DNA of 62,557 nucleotides, filler included. It is 9 parts of 9 records of this genome, joined end to end, with 100 filler letters (N's around TTAATTAATTAA, not from the genome) between each part and the next. Parts side by side here need not be neighbours in the genome. Positions count along the whole stretch, not along the records: positions 42,470 to 55,761 come from SRR31156797_38607; positions 55,862 to 62,557 come from SRR31156797_38611; 7 more parts are not named here. One strand, 5' to 3'. Under the pieces are notes generated by a model. The model did not search any database. It had not been told where the DNA came from and saw only the letters and a program-made list of their open reading frames with translations. Of this stretch, positions 52,601 to 62,557 are shown in pieces (the stretch's first letter is position 1; each line of letters begins with the position of its first letter). Both the position numbers and the translations under genes were made by a program.

Positions 52601-55600
52601 TCGGGAAGAAATTCTCTACCTGATCCATGAAAGTGTCAAAAACATCTACACCTGAAGGGAGCATAAGCATCATTGATGCCTGACTTATCTCATCGGCGTG
52701 TACAAATATACCCGCTTCTAAATCAGCCCCTGATTCAGGAACCTCAAGGGATGTAGATATAGCCGCATGAATAGGCTCTCCCGTCGCTCTGAACTTTCCG
52801 TTTGCTACATAAGCTTTAACACCGTTAGGAATTGGAGAACCTGAAGGGAAAGTTAGCTTCATCAGTCCACCGCTGGCAGACACAAGCCCTATCCCAAGCG
52901 GGTTCCACTCATCGCTACAAGAAGATTTTTCTGTATTCTCATCAGGAGTGCCACTACAAGCACCGCTGAGTGCCATTCCGAAAGTATAATTAGGAGCACC
53001 GGAAGTGCTTACCTCCATACCAATGCTAGGAGTTGCCGCCAGGAAAGGATCTATGCCCGAAGGTCTGACGAAAGCCTCTCCTACTGTTTCCAACTCTATA
53101 GACCCCAAGCCTGTACTTGAAGGGTTGAAATTCATGGCCATAGAGACGCCTAGGGATTTGAATGCAAACTGGCTTTCCAAGCCGAATAAAGCAGGTGTCA
53201 TAAGCCATGTATCCACAAGAGGATTCAAGGAGACTTCCAGACTGCGTAAAGTACCATTTTTCGAATATTCTATCTCTACCGGAAGCCCTTCGCTTACCTT
53301 ATCTTCGAGCGAGTGCTCATCAGGCAGTACATTATCGATCACAGAGATAATACAAGCCAGCGTCTGGTTAAATGTAATCGGAATTGTAGGACAATCAAAA
53401 TTATTCAGCTTAAGATTTCCTTTAACTTTCAGCTTGTCCGATGTAGCCACATAATCATCACTGCTATAAGAGATTGCTATCGGCTCAAAAGTTGAAATAA
53501 TACTTTTTACCGTATCGCCTATATCAACATTTAAAGTAGATTCTTCATATTCAATTATCAGATTGCTCAGAGAGCTTTCAGACAGTGCCTGACCAACATT
53601 ATCGGCAATTTCATCAGGCTCAATAACCTTGTCATAGATGCGCAGGTCATCCAGCTCACCAATATAAATACTGCCGTCTGACTCTGAAAATGTCATAACC
53701 TGACCAACGGTCAGCTGGTCTGTAGCATCAAGACTATTTGCAGGTCCGGTCTCCTCTGCTTCTAAAGTTCCATTTACATAAAGGCTTACCGTACCACTGC
53801 TTTTTGAACGTGTAACTGCGATATGAACCCAATTCCCTGTATTCACTGAACTAGTTGATATAAGTACGGCTGTATCTGTTGTAGAGCCTACCCCAACGCT
53901 TATTTTGTCCTCAGTGAGCGATATTCCCATATCATTCTGATAACCGGCAGCTTCACCATCAACAAGTCCGACACCTGTATACCATTGACCAGTAGTTCCG
54001 CCACCGTCCTGAGTGGTCTTCATCCAGAAGCTGATAGAGAAATCATCCTGAAAGTTTTTAGGGATAAGATAGACATCATCTCCGTCAAAGCTACCTGATT
54101 TACCAATCATGCCATCGACATAGGTCAGATCAGTAGATGTCCCGTACGGTTTTCTGGTTTCATCAATATATGTAACGTCCGGATTATTAGCTAAGAAAAC
54201 GGACTTCTGTCTATTATTAAAATTACCTTCAAATTGGTAATGAGCGATCAAATTCGGATCCATACTGACTGCATTAGTCAGAAAGTAATCTTTAATTGCA
54301 GTTGCTGAGATGTCCCAACTATAGATTCTCAGCTCATCCATTACTCCCTCGTAAAACATGCCGTCTGACTCACTCAGAGCTAATACCTGCCCAAGTCGGA
54401 GCTTTGTTGTAGCGTCAAGGGAGTTAGTAACACCGTTCTCCTCAGCCTCAAGCTCGCCATCGACATAAAGCCTTACCAAGCCTGTATCTTTTGAGCGTGT
54501 AACTGCAATATGCACCCACTCTCCGGTATTCACAGAGCTGCTGGAGGAGATTGCTGTAAACTCAGTGGTAGAGCCAACCCCTACACTGATTTTGTCCTCT
54601 GTTAGCGCTATCCCCATATCCTTCTGATAACCAGGAGCTTCACCGTCAACAAGACCGACACCTGTGTACCATTCACCAACGGTTCCACCGCCGTCCTGAG
54701 TGGTTTTCATCCAGAAGCTGATCGTGAAATCATCCTGAATGTTCTTTGGAATATCGTAAGCGTCATCACCGCTAAAATTGATAGCAGTATCTGAGACACC
54801 GGAAGCTGATTCCGTACCATTTTCATAAACATTTATTGCACTAGAGAGATAAGCATCAGGATTGTCGAACTCAAGATCATCTTTCTTATGATCTGTAAGT
54901 ATCGGTGTAGAGTTGGCTGTGTCAAACCTGTAGTCACTCACGATAGTAATCAGAAATTCATCTGTTCTTGCATCAAACTCGTCCTGAACTTGAGTTTCCG
55001 ACCTGACACTACTGTAAATTTTTAACTCATCAAGCTGCCCGACATAAGTATTTCCATCATCTTCATTGAAAACCCTAACCTGCCCAACTGTCAGGTCACT
55101 AGTCGTATCGAGGGATTCAGTAGAACCGAACTCTTCATCTTCAAGCATACCGTTGATATAAAGGCTTATCAGTCCTGTACTTTTAGAGCGAGTAACCGCA
55201 ATATGATACCAGTCTCCGGTATTAACCGAAGTTTCAGATTTAAGCATAGTGTCGCCAGATGTAGAACCTACTCCTAAGCTGATTCTATCCTGTGTAAGCG
55301 CTATCCCCAGATCGTTCTGATGACCAGATGCTTCACCATCCACCAGACCAACGCCTGTGTACCACTCGCCCACCGTTCCGCCACCGTTCTGAATAGTTCG
55401 CATCCAGAAGCTTATTGTAAAATCATCTTCAAAGTCTTTTGATATATCGTAAACATCATCACCGTCAAAGTGAGCAGTAACGCCTGTTATTCCGTTATTA
55501 TAGTCAAGTGCGGCACCAGCCTCACCGTATGCACGCCTCACTACACTTGAAGAACTGTCTTCAGTATTGTCAAAATCATTTTCAAAAGCGTAGTGAGCAA

Positions 55601-55761
55601 CCAAGGTTCCCCCTACGGATATTGTAAAAGTCTCAGTTCCTGCAGCGGCGCCATTTTCACCACCATCAGCGACCTGTAGCGTGACCGCACCGGATGTTGT
55701 CACACCCTCAGCAGGTGTCCATGTTACAACCCCTGTGCTGGAAACAGACATGCCGGATGGA
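49677..55761 (-). CDS. Giant extracellular protein: Ig-like, 3x LamG, TSP3-like, C-terminal dockerin; 5'-truncated
   Basis: GVVTWTP Ig repeat; three LamG domains (FTISFW...WxHIAVT...LY.NG...DELRIY); DTDGDGVAD; duplicated GDMDGNG..SVSDAL / GDV..DGQINAADAL. Confidence 0.85.
53630..55605 (-). repeat. Three tandem LamG coding repeats
   Basis: Near-identical DDF.ISFWM.T.Q.GGGT.G.WYTGVGLVDGEA blocks, also visible at DNA level (CATCCAGAAGCT). Confidence 0.85.
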
Positions 55762-55861
55762 NNNNNNNNNNNNNNNNNNNNNNNNNNNNNNNNNNNNNNN
55801 NNNNNTTAATTAATTAANNNNNNNNNNNNNNNNNNNNNNNNNNNNNNNNNNNNNNNNNNNN

Positions 55862-57026
55862 AAAGGTTTTTACCTCCGATAACTCCAGGAAGTCTTGCTT
55901 CAATGGCAGCCACATCAGCTTCTGTTAAATCATCGCCGGTTAAGAAAATAGCAGTATCTCCAACCGCTGCTCCTTCAGGTAGCGCATCACCGGTTGTATT
56001 GTAATACCAAACTTTCTGGAATCCTTCGTTAAACCTTGAATCAACATCGTAACTGCCATTAACACGGAAATTGTTTAATAACCATCCTGTTGGACGATAA
56101 CGGATCCACGGTCTGCCATAACCATGCCCTAAAGCACGAATCAAACCTGAGGCATAAACCTCATACCAGGGTCTGAAGTGCAGATGTGATCTATTCCCTC
56201 TATCCGATGCCGTCAATAATGGATCTTCATCATATTGAACTGACCATAAAATTTCCTGGTGTTGTTCATTATCGTGATCGTAACGAGCTAATGGATCTGA
56301 ATCCAGTTCTAGCCCATAATCATCAATTACTGATTTAAATAATGGAATAGCAGCACTGCTGTTTCCATTTGTTAATTGAACCAGTCCCAGCAAATGTTTG
56401 GCAGCAACTTGAGTCGCACGTCCAAATTCGCCTTGTTCGGCAGGTAAATTATTTATTGCAAACTCAAGGTCAGGGATTATGCCCTTACTATATACCTCTG
56501 ATGCCGGAGTTCTTGTAGCTTCGGTTTCTACACCCTCAGTTTCTTCCAGCGTTAATGGAACATCACCAAAACTTTGCACCAAAAGAAAATAATAATGTGC
56601 TCTTAAAAAACGCGCTTCAGCTATCTTTGGATTCTTCTCTTCATCGGTTAATTCTTCCGAAGCTGTGGCACGGTCAACTACAGCATTACATGCATTTATA
56701 GCCTGGTAGAAGTTTGACCACATGCTCCAGAATCTGCCATTTTCCGCATTTAATCCGGCTCCATACTTATCAATATCCCAATCGCCACCATGGCCACCAT
56801 GGGTATATTCATCTGTTCCAAAAACGGACAGTTTATTACCATCCTCATTGGCATAATAAGTCGTTAAGAAAGAATATGCAGCATTTACACCTGCATCTAG
56901 ACCATCAGAAGTATTTAAATATTCAGCCGTAACTCCCGATACAATCTCTTCGTCCAGGGTGTCGCACGATATTACGGCGACAGACAAAGCGAACAGTAAT
57001 AATATAAGATATTTTAATTTTTTCAT
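55862..57026 (-). CDS. SusD/RagB family lipoprotein, 3'-truncated
   Basis: VISC lipobox, AEARFLRAHYY, FGDVPL; downstream of susC. Confidence 0.93.
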
Positions 57027-57048
57027 TTTTTACGATAATTTAGGTTTC

Positions 57049-59970
57049 TTAAAAATCAATATTCACTCCCAGTGAGAACATTCTTGTAGTTGGCGTTTCC
57101 GCTCTTAAATAGCCATCGTAACCTTCAGGATCCAAACCATCTTTTGCTACTTTAGAGAATGTAAAAGGAGTATCGGCATTGATGTATACTTTTAGCGCTT
57201 TAATTCCAACTTTTGATAAAGTATTTTTTGGAAAGTTATAGGCCAACTGCATGTTTTTTACCTTTAAGAAATCGCCTTTTTGATAAGCTCTGGTAGAGTT
57301 ATACAATGGTCTTTCTCTTGATCCATCTGCCATTGGATGATCGTTGGTTGGATTATCCTCTGTCCAGTAGTCCACATCAGGGTTATTATAACGTCCCTGA
57401 AGTGTAGTAAGGTTGTCTTCAAATTGGTTATAAATTGTTTGCCCGAAAACGCCAAATAGCAAGAAGGAGAACTCAAAGTCTTTGTATTCCATTCTTGACC
57501 CTAAACCCAGGGTTAGTTTTGGAATATTAGATCCCAGGATCTGTTTGTCATCTTGATTGTATTTGCCATCATTATTTACATCTTCAAGTTTTATAACACC
57601 CGGTGTAACCTGGTATTCTGAGGCTTCTGCTTCTTCATCCAACTGCCAAATACCAATTTTTTTATAATCGTACCAAACAGTTAAAGGTTCGCCTATAAAC
57701 CATTCATTACCCACATCATCGGTTTTGTCCCCGTACAAGTCAATAATTTTCTCTTTATTCCCGAAAAGATTCAAATCGGCTGACCACGTAAAATCAGTTT
57801 TATCAACCAAACGGGCATTTAAAGAAAATTCCCAACCAGTATTCTGTGTTTCCCCTACGTTGGTCATTACATTATCAAATCCGGAAGTTATAGGAAGCTT
57901 TCTTTCAAGAAGCAAGTCGGTAGTTCTAGTTTGATAGACTTCAATTGTACCTGCAATTGACTGGCCAATACCAAAGTCCAGACCGATGTTCATTGTGGCA
58001 GATGATTCCCACTTTAAGTCTGCATTGGCTATATCTTCCGGACGGTATCCATACCCAGATGTACCACCAAATGAATAGATTGTTCTACCTAAACCACCAC
58101 GGGTTTGGTATGGATCGATACCGGTGTTACCGGTAACACCATAGCTGGCACGTAAACGAAGATCTGAAAGTAAACTTTGGTTTTGCATAAAATCTTCATT
58201 GTTAATTTTCCACAAAGCTGCTGCAGATGGAAAGAAACCCCATTTTTTCCCTTCAGCTAAACGCGAGGAACCGTCGTAACGACCAGTAACTGTAAACAAA
58301 TATTTGTCTTTAAAGCTGTAGTTGATACGTCCCATAAACGACATAATTCCCCATTCTTCTAAATTTGAATCATAGTTAAGAACGGTTTCAGCTGTTGATA
58401 AGTTATGGAAGAGCTGATGCTCATAAGGAAGACCTTCCACATCTATTTCGGTTTCTTCTTTATTGGATTCCTGAACACTAAACAGCCCGGTAGCTTTAAT
58501 ACTGTGGTTTTCATTAATCTCTTTCTCGAAGGTTAATATATTTTCAAAGGTCATCACATGAGTCGAAATATGTTCTTTTAGAGCCCTTGGATCAGCGTAT
58601 TGACGAGCAGAAGAGAGACTACCCTGAAATAGTCCACGTCGATACTTTTGGTAATCTATACCATAATTCATCCGATATTTCAGCTCCTTTGTAAAATCTA
58701 TTTCTGTAAATATGTTACTGAAAACCCTTAAACGTGTACGTTCATCCACAATCGCACCATCCACATAATCTGCTAATGGATTCCAGCGAAGTGGATCAGA
58801 AGCCGGTTGATATACCATATTTCCTTCTTCATCATACGGTTCGGCTAAAGGAGAAGCAACAAGCGCATCATAATAACCATTTGAGCCCTTGTTTTGTGTT
58901 TGATCTGATAATTGAGTAGAGGTGCCCACCTTTATAAAATCATTGATCTTATGATCCAGATTTATCCTGAATGTTTTGCGGGTAAAGTCTTGGGTTTCTA
59001 TAACACCTTGCTCGTTATAATAGTTTGCTGACAATGCAAACGCAGTTTTCGAGTTTCCACCTCTAACACCAACCTGATGACTTTGTTTATAACCATTGGA
59101 AATGATCAAGTCTACCCAGTCGGTAGATACACCATTTTCAAATGCTTCCTGTTCAGCATCTGTAATGGCACGGCCACCATCAATCTTTAATTGCATAAAT
59201 TCGGCACCATTCATCATGTCTGGTGTTCCTGTTGGAGAAGTTACCCCATAATAACCATTGTAAGATACTGTAGTTGGCATATCACCACCTCGTGTTGTAC
59301 TTACCAGAATAACCCCATTTGCACCACGAGAACCATAAATAGCTGTTGCTGATGCATCTTTTAGCACCTCCATGGACTTAATATCCCGAGGATTAATGTC
59401 ATTGATATTTCCTTCATAAGGAATTCCATCAACGACGAAAAGAGGATCGTTGTTTGCTGTTAAAGATCTTCTACCACGAACACGAATTTTTACACCGTCA
59501 CCTGGGCGTGAACCATCAGACATTGCTACAACACCCGAAGCACGTCCCTGTATTGCATTACCTAAATCAACAGCAGGTAGTTCCTGAATGTCATCGGCAG
59601 TGACAGAAGATATTGCTCCTGTAATACTTCCTCTCTGTTCTGTACCATATCCAATTGCAATTACTTCTTCCAACCCAATTGCATCGGGTTGAAGCGTAAT
59701 GTCGATTGAGGTTTGAGTCCCAACCTGAATTTCCTGGGTAATCATCCCAATGTAAGAAAAAACCAAAGTACTTTCTTCAGGTACATTGCTAATAGAATAA
59801 TCACCGTCAATACCGGTAACAGTACCAATTGTTGTTCCTTTTACAAAAACTGATACACCCGGAAGAGGTTCTCCTGATTCATCTACTACCTTACCGGTAA
59901 TAGTTTTTTGTGCCATTGCAGTACATACTGTTACAATAAACACAGCAAAAAATAAAAGTAGTTTTCGCAT
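57049..59970 (-). CDS. SusC/RagA TonB-dependent transporter
   Basis: PLFVVDG, VLKDASATAIYGSRGANGVILV, C-terminal GVNIDF. Confidence 0.96.
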   Translation of the reverse strand: MRKLLLFFAVFIVTVCTAMAQKTITGKVVDESGEPLPGVSVFVKGTTIGTVTGIDGDYSISNVPEESTLVFSYIGMITQEIQVGTQTSIDITLQPDAIGLEEVIAIGYGTEQRGSITGAISSVTADDIQELPAVDLGNAIQGRASGVVAMSDGSRPGDGVKIRVRGRRSLTANNDPLFVVDGIPYEGNINDINPRDIKSMEVLKDASATAIYGSRGANGVILVSTTRGGDMPTTVSYNGYYGVTSPTGTPDMMNGAEFMQLKIDGGRAITDAEQEAFENGVSTDWVDLIISNGYKQSHQVGVRGGNSKTAFALSANYYNEQGVIETQDFTRKTFRINLDHKINDFIKVGTSTQLSDQTQNKGSNGYYDALVASPLAEPYDEEGNMVYQPASDPLRWNPLADYVDGAIVDERTRLRVFSNIFTEIDFTKELKYRMNYGIDYQKYRRGLFQGSLSSARQYADPRALKEHISTHVMTFENILTFEKEINENHSIKATGLFSVQESNKEETEIDVEGLPYEHQLFHNLSTAETVLNYDSNLEEWGIMSFMGRINYSFKDKYLFTVTGRYDGSSRLAEGKKWGFFPSAAALWKINNEDFMQNQSLLSDLRLRASYGVTGNTGIDPYQTRGGLGRTIYSFGGTSGYGYRPEDIANADLKWESSATMNIGLDFGIGQSIAGTIEVYQTRTTDLLLERKLPITSGFDNVMTNVGETQNTGWEFSLNARLVDKTDFTWSADLNLFGNKEKIIDLYGDKTDDVGNEWFIGEPLTVWYDYKKIGIWQLDEEAEASEYQVTPGVIKLEDVNNDGKYNQDDKQILGSNIPKLTLGLGSRMEYKDFEFSFLLFGVFGQTIYNQFEDNLTTLQGRYNNPDVDYWTEDNPTNDHPMADGSRERPLYNSTRAYQKGDFLKVKNMQLAYNFPKNTLSKVGIKALKVYINADTPFTFSKVAKDGLDPEGYDGYLRAETPTTRMFSLGVNIDF

Positions 59971-60409
59971 AAACGTTTAGTTTAAAGTTTAATTATAAGT
60001 GAATTAAATCTGATTATTTGAGTGAGTGCACACACCAAGGATAAGTCTATTTCAACAAAGTGTTAAAAAAGCTTATATGTGTGTGGGCTTAAGGTAATTT
60101 GAAATGTTTTTTCATATTTTTGAAACGTTTAGTTAAAGTGAGTTTAATTAAATAAATACTGAAAGGAGAAATGTGGCAGCATTTCTTCTTTTTATTTCAT
60201 AAGTTTTGTCGTTACCAAATTTATGACATTTTTTAATTATATGTTGATATTATTTTAACATGTTTTGAAAGTTTTTTTGCATCAGTCCAAAATTTGTAAA
60301 CGTTTTCATTATTTTATAAGCTACAACAAGTTAAATAGTTAGCCTGTTCTTTGATTTTTTTAATATCATTTGTTCATATAATGTAAATGAATAACGTAAT
60401 CAGAAAAAA

Positions 60410-61321
60410 TCATTGAAGCGGGGTGTCATCACAACTTAGATCTCCTATGGCATATTGTGTTCCATCAAGATAGAATTTTAGCAATCGCGTATCTTCAAAA
60501 CTCTGTGCATTGTGAGATGGTGACACGTAAAATACACGTCCTTTTCCATGTTTTTTAATCCACGCAACATATTTTACTTTTTCATCAATTGGTTTCTTCT
60601 TGTTTGTAAGTTTGTCGGTATCCATGTATAACAACGGTCTGAAATTCTTTTTTTCGTATGCATTGTTAAATAAATATGGTTCGTCGGTATGTACAAAGGT
60701 TTTTCCCTCAAATGCTTTTACCAGAGGGTGATCTTTATCTACCAATTCAAGTGTTACTTTTTGTTGTGGCGGGTGATAGTCAAAACTTCCACCTATCATT
60801 TCACTAAAAGGCATTGAGTTGTTTTGCATTACAATAGCTCCGTGGGTAACGATAAGTCCACCGCCATTTTCAACATATTTTATAAGATTTGCTTCCAGTT
60901 CGTTTGCTTTTGCTTTTCGTTGTTCGTCGCTTAAATACTCATCTTTATCCAAAACATCCAATAGTAAGTTGCGTCTTGGGCCAACGGAGCAGGTATTGTT
61001 TAATACGACTGCATCGTATTTCATTAGATTTTGCATTTCGAAACAGTAAATATCTTTACTTATTATTGTTTCGTAGGCTCCGGATTTTTTACCCAATATC
61101 ATAATTACCTGCGATGTGTGGGGGATTACCCAGTGATTATAACCTGTGTGAAGATCAAATACCAGAATATTACGTTTTTTTTGTGGTTCAGCTTCTGGCT
61201 TTGCAGGTGATAATTCTTCTATTTTTTTGAGCCAGTCATCAGAACATTCAAATTCTTTAACCTGAGCTTTTGTTAATACTCCAATTGATACCAAAAGGAC
61301 CATCAAAATATACTTTAGCAT
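60410..61321 (-). CDS. ThuA-like domain protein, exported
   Basis: Signal peptide, YDAVVLNN, GGGLIVTH, DEPY, GKGRVFY..H. Confidence 0.85.
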   Translation of the reverse strand: MLKYILMVLLVSIGVLTKAQVKEFECSDDWLKKIEELSPAKPEAEPQKKRNILVFDLHTGYNHWVIPHTSQVIMILGKKSGAYETIISKDIYCFEMQNLMKYDAVVLNNTCSVGPRRNLLLDVLDKDEYLSDEQRKAKANELEANLIKYVENGGGLIVTHGAIVMQNNSMPFSEMIGGSFDYHPPQQKVTLELVDKDHPLVKAFEGKTFVHTDEPYLFNNAYEKKNFRPLLYMDTDKLTNKKKPIDEKVKYVAWIKKHGKGRVFYVSPSHNAQSFEDTRLLKFYLDGTQYAIGDLSCDDTPLQ

Positions 61322-61387
61322 AACGACTTTGTTTATTAGTGAAAAGACACACAATAATGCATGTCTTTTCAGTTCTTGTTTAATATT

Positions 61388-62557
61388 TTATCTATTAATA
61401 TAATCTGTGCCATACGGGTAGCGTTGCGGACGACTCAGCATTGAATTGGCAAGATCGTTGTTTTTGAAACGTTCTTTTGCCGGATCCCACTCCAGTACTC
61501 CGGGAACTTTCATTGCAATGTGGCTGATCAAACAAACAGAACATGCTCTGTGTCCAACTTCAACTGTACTAACAGGCTGTTTTCTTGTTCTTATTGCATT
61601 TAACCAGTCGCCATGTTGTTCTTCACTAACATATAGTTTGGTTTCATCATCACCAATTTTTGATTCCAGTATTTTGGGGTCACTGGCGTTGAGAGCTCTT
61701 GAACTTCTTTCTTTTGAAACAGGATCACTGGAAGAAGCGGTATAGGTACCCCTTGAAACAAAGATCCACCCGTCTTCACCGATGTATTTTACGCCATTAG
61801 TGAAACCTCCACTTGTTAACACAGTAATACCACTAGCATATTCGTGTTTTACCATAAAATCTCCGTGAACATTCCAATCTCCCGATTTGGGGAATTCAGC
61901 AATGGCCTCAACAGAAATTGGTCCTGTGTGTTCGGTGTCCATGCCCCAGGCAGCACTGTCGTAGTGGTGCTGACCCCATCCGGTGATCATCCCTGCACCA
62001 TAATTTTCGTGGCGTAACCATCCCGGGCGGCTATAATCGTGTTGCGGGTGAACCAGTTTCTCTTTGTAATCCATTTCCGGGGTTGATCCCAACCACATAT
62101 CAAAGTTCAGGTTTGAAGGCACCGTACCGGTTTCAAAAACAGGACCACCGGGATCGCCAGGTAAACCTATTTTTACTGTATGTATTTTCCCGATTCTTCC
62201 GTTGCGAACCAACTCGGCAGCTATGCGGAATTGTGGCATAGAACGTTGTTGCGTACCCATTTGCAAAATCACACCTGTGCGATGAACAACATCGCTAAGC
62301 AGGCGGCCTTCTTCTATTGTTAGCGAAGTTGGTTTCTGCAAGTAGATATCCTTTCCTGCCAAAGCAGCTTCAATGGCTGGTTGAGAGTGCCAGTGGTCTG
62401 GAGTACTAATAAGTACAGCATCAACATTTTTATCGGCAAGCAAATCACGGTAATCTTCATACATTTTTACATCAACAGCATTATTGCTTCCCGATTTTTT
62501 ATTGTAATAACCTTCAAGTCGTTTTTTCGAATCTGCCATACGTTTGCTGTCTACATC
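61388..62557 (-). CDS. Gfo/Idh/MocA family oxidoreductase, 5'-truncated
   Basis: DAVLISTPDHWH, QKP, GTQQRS, FDMWLG, WGQHHYD. Confidence 0.92.
   Translation of the reverse strand, partial: DVDSKRMADSKKRLEGYYNKKSGSNNAVDVKMYEDYRDLLADKNVDAVLISTPDHWHSQPAIEAALAGKDIYLQKPTSLTIEEGRLLSDVVHRTGVILQMGTQQRSMPQFRIAAELVRNGRIGKIHTVKIGLPGDPGGPVFETGTVPSNLNFDMWLGSTPEMDYKEKLVHPQHDYSRPGWLRHENYGAGMITGWGQHHYDSAAWGMDTEHTGPISVEAIAEFPKSGDWNVHGDFMVKHEYASGITVLTSGGFTNGVKYIGEDGWIFVSRGTYTASSSDPVSKERSSRALNASDPKILESKIGDDETKLYVSEEQHGDWLNAIRTRKQPVSTVEVGHRACSVCLISHIAMKVPGVLEWDPAKERFKNNDLANSMLSRPQRYPYGTDYINR

Noticed and set aside
1-62557. CRISPR arrays, rRNA or tRNA genes
   Set aside because: No repeat-spacer periodicity or recognisable structural RNA gene was seen by eye. 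A tRNAscan/Infernal run would be needed to exclude them fully.

Overview
This window is not one locus. It is nine unrelated contigs joined by an artificial 100-nt spacer (44 N + TTAATTAATTAA + 44 N), so gene context is valid only within a contig. Taxonomic labels are inferred from composition and gene content. (1) 1-5991, AT-rich: radical SAM/DUF4130 DNA-repair pair, Fic, hydrolase, MarR-DUF2798. (2) 6092-11712, Desulfobacterota-like: FIST-GAF histidine kinase and ANTAR regulator upstream of a sigma70 promoter, dual ANTAR hairpins and a terminator leading into coniferyl-alcohol-dehydrogenase-like and aromatic aldehyde dehydrogenase genes. (3) 11813-17556, Bacteroidota-like: sulfatase, serA, YbiW-like glycyl radical enzyme-ROK-DeoR. 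(4) 17657-24984: housekeeping genes (lepB, rpsT, hutI, rsfS, rlmH, speB, YgiQ). (5) 25085-30611: polyamine genes, solute-binding protein plus histidine kinase. (6) 30712-36263, GC-rich: acyl-CoA ligase, nrdAB. (7) 36364-42369, Campylobacterota-like: small integrative element (integrase cut by an IS1595, TA pair, AlpA/Xis, Rep_trans-like initiator). (8) 42470-55761, Deferribacterota-like: periplasmic flavoprotein-SphA channel-heptaheme cytochrome operon, PAS kinase, MFS, and a giant LamG/dockerin protein followed by a cohesin-like lipoprotein. (9) 55862-62557, Bacteroidota-like: susCD, ThuA-like protein, Gfo/Idh/MocA oxidoreductase. The best candidates for undescribed systems are the ANTAR-antiterminated aromatic alcohol/aldehyde operon, the non-cellulosomal dockerin-cohesin pair and the channel-coupled flavocytochrome.
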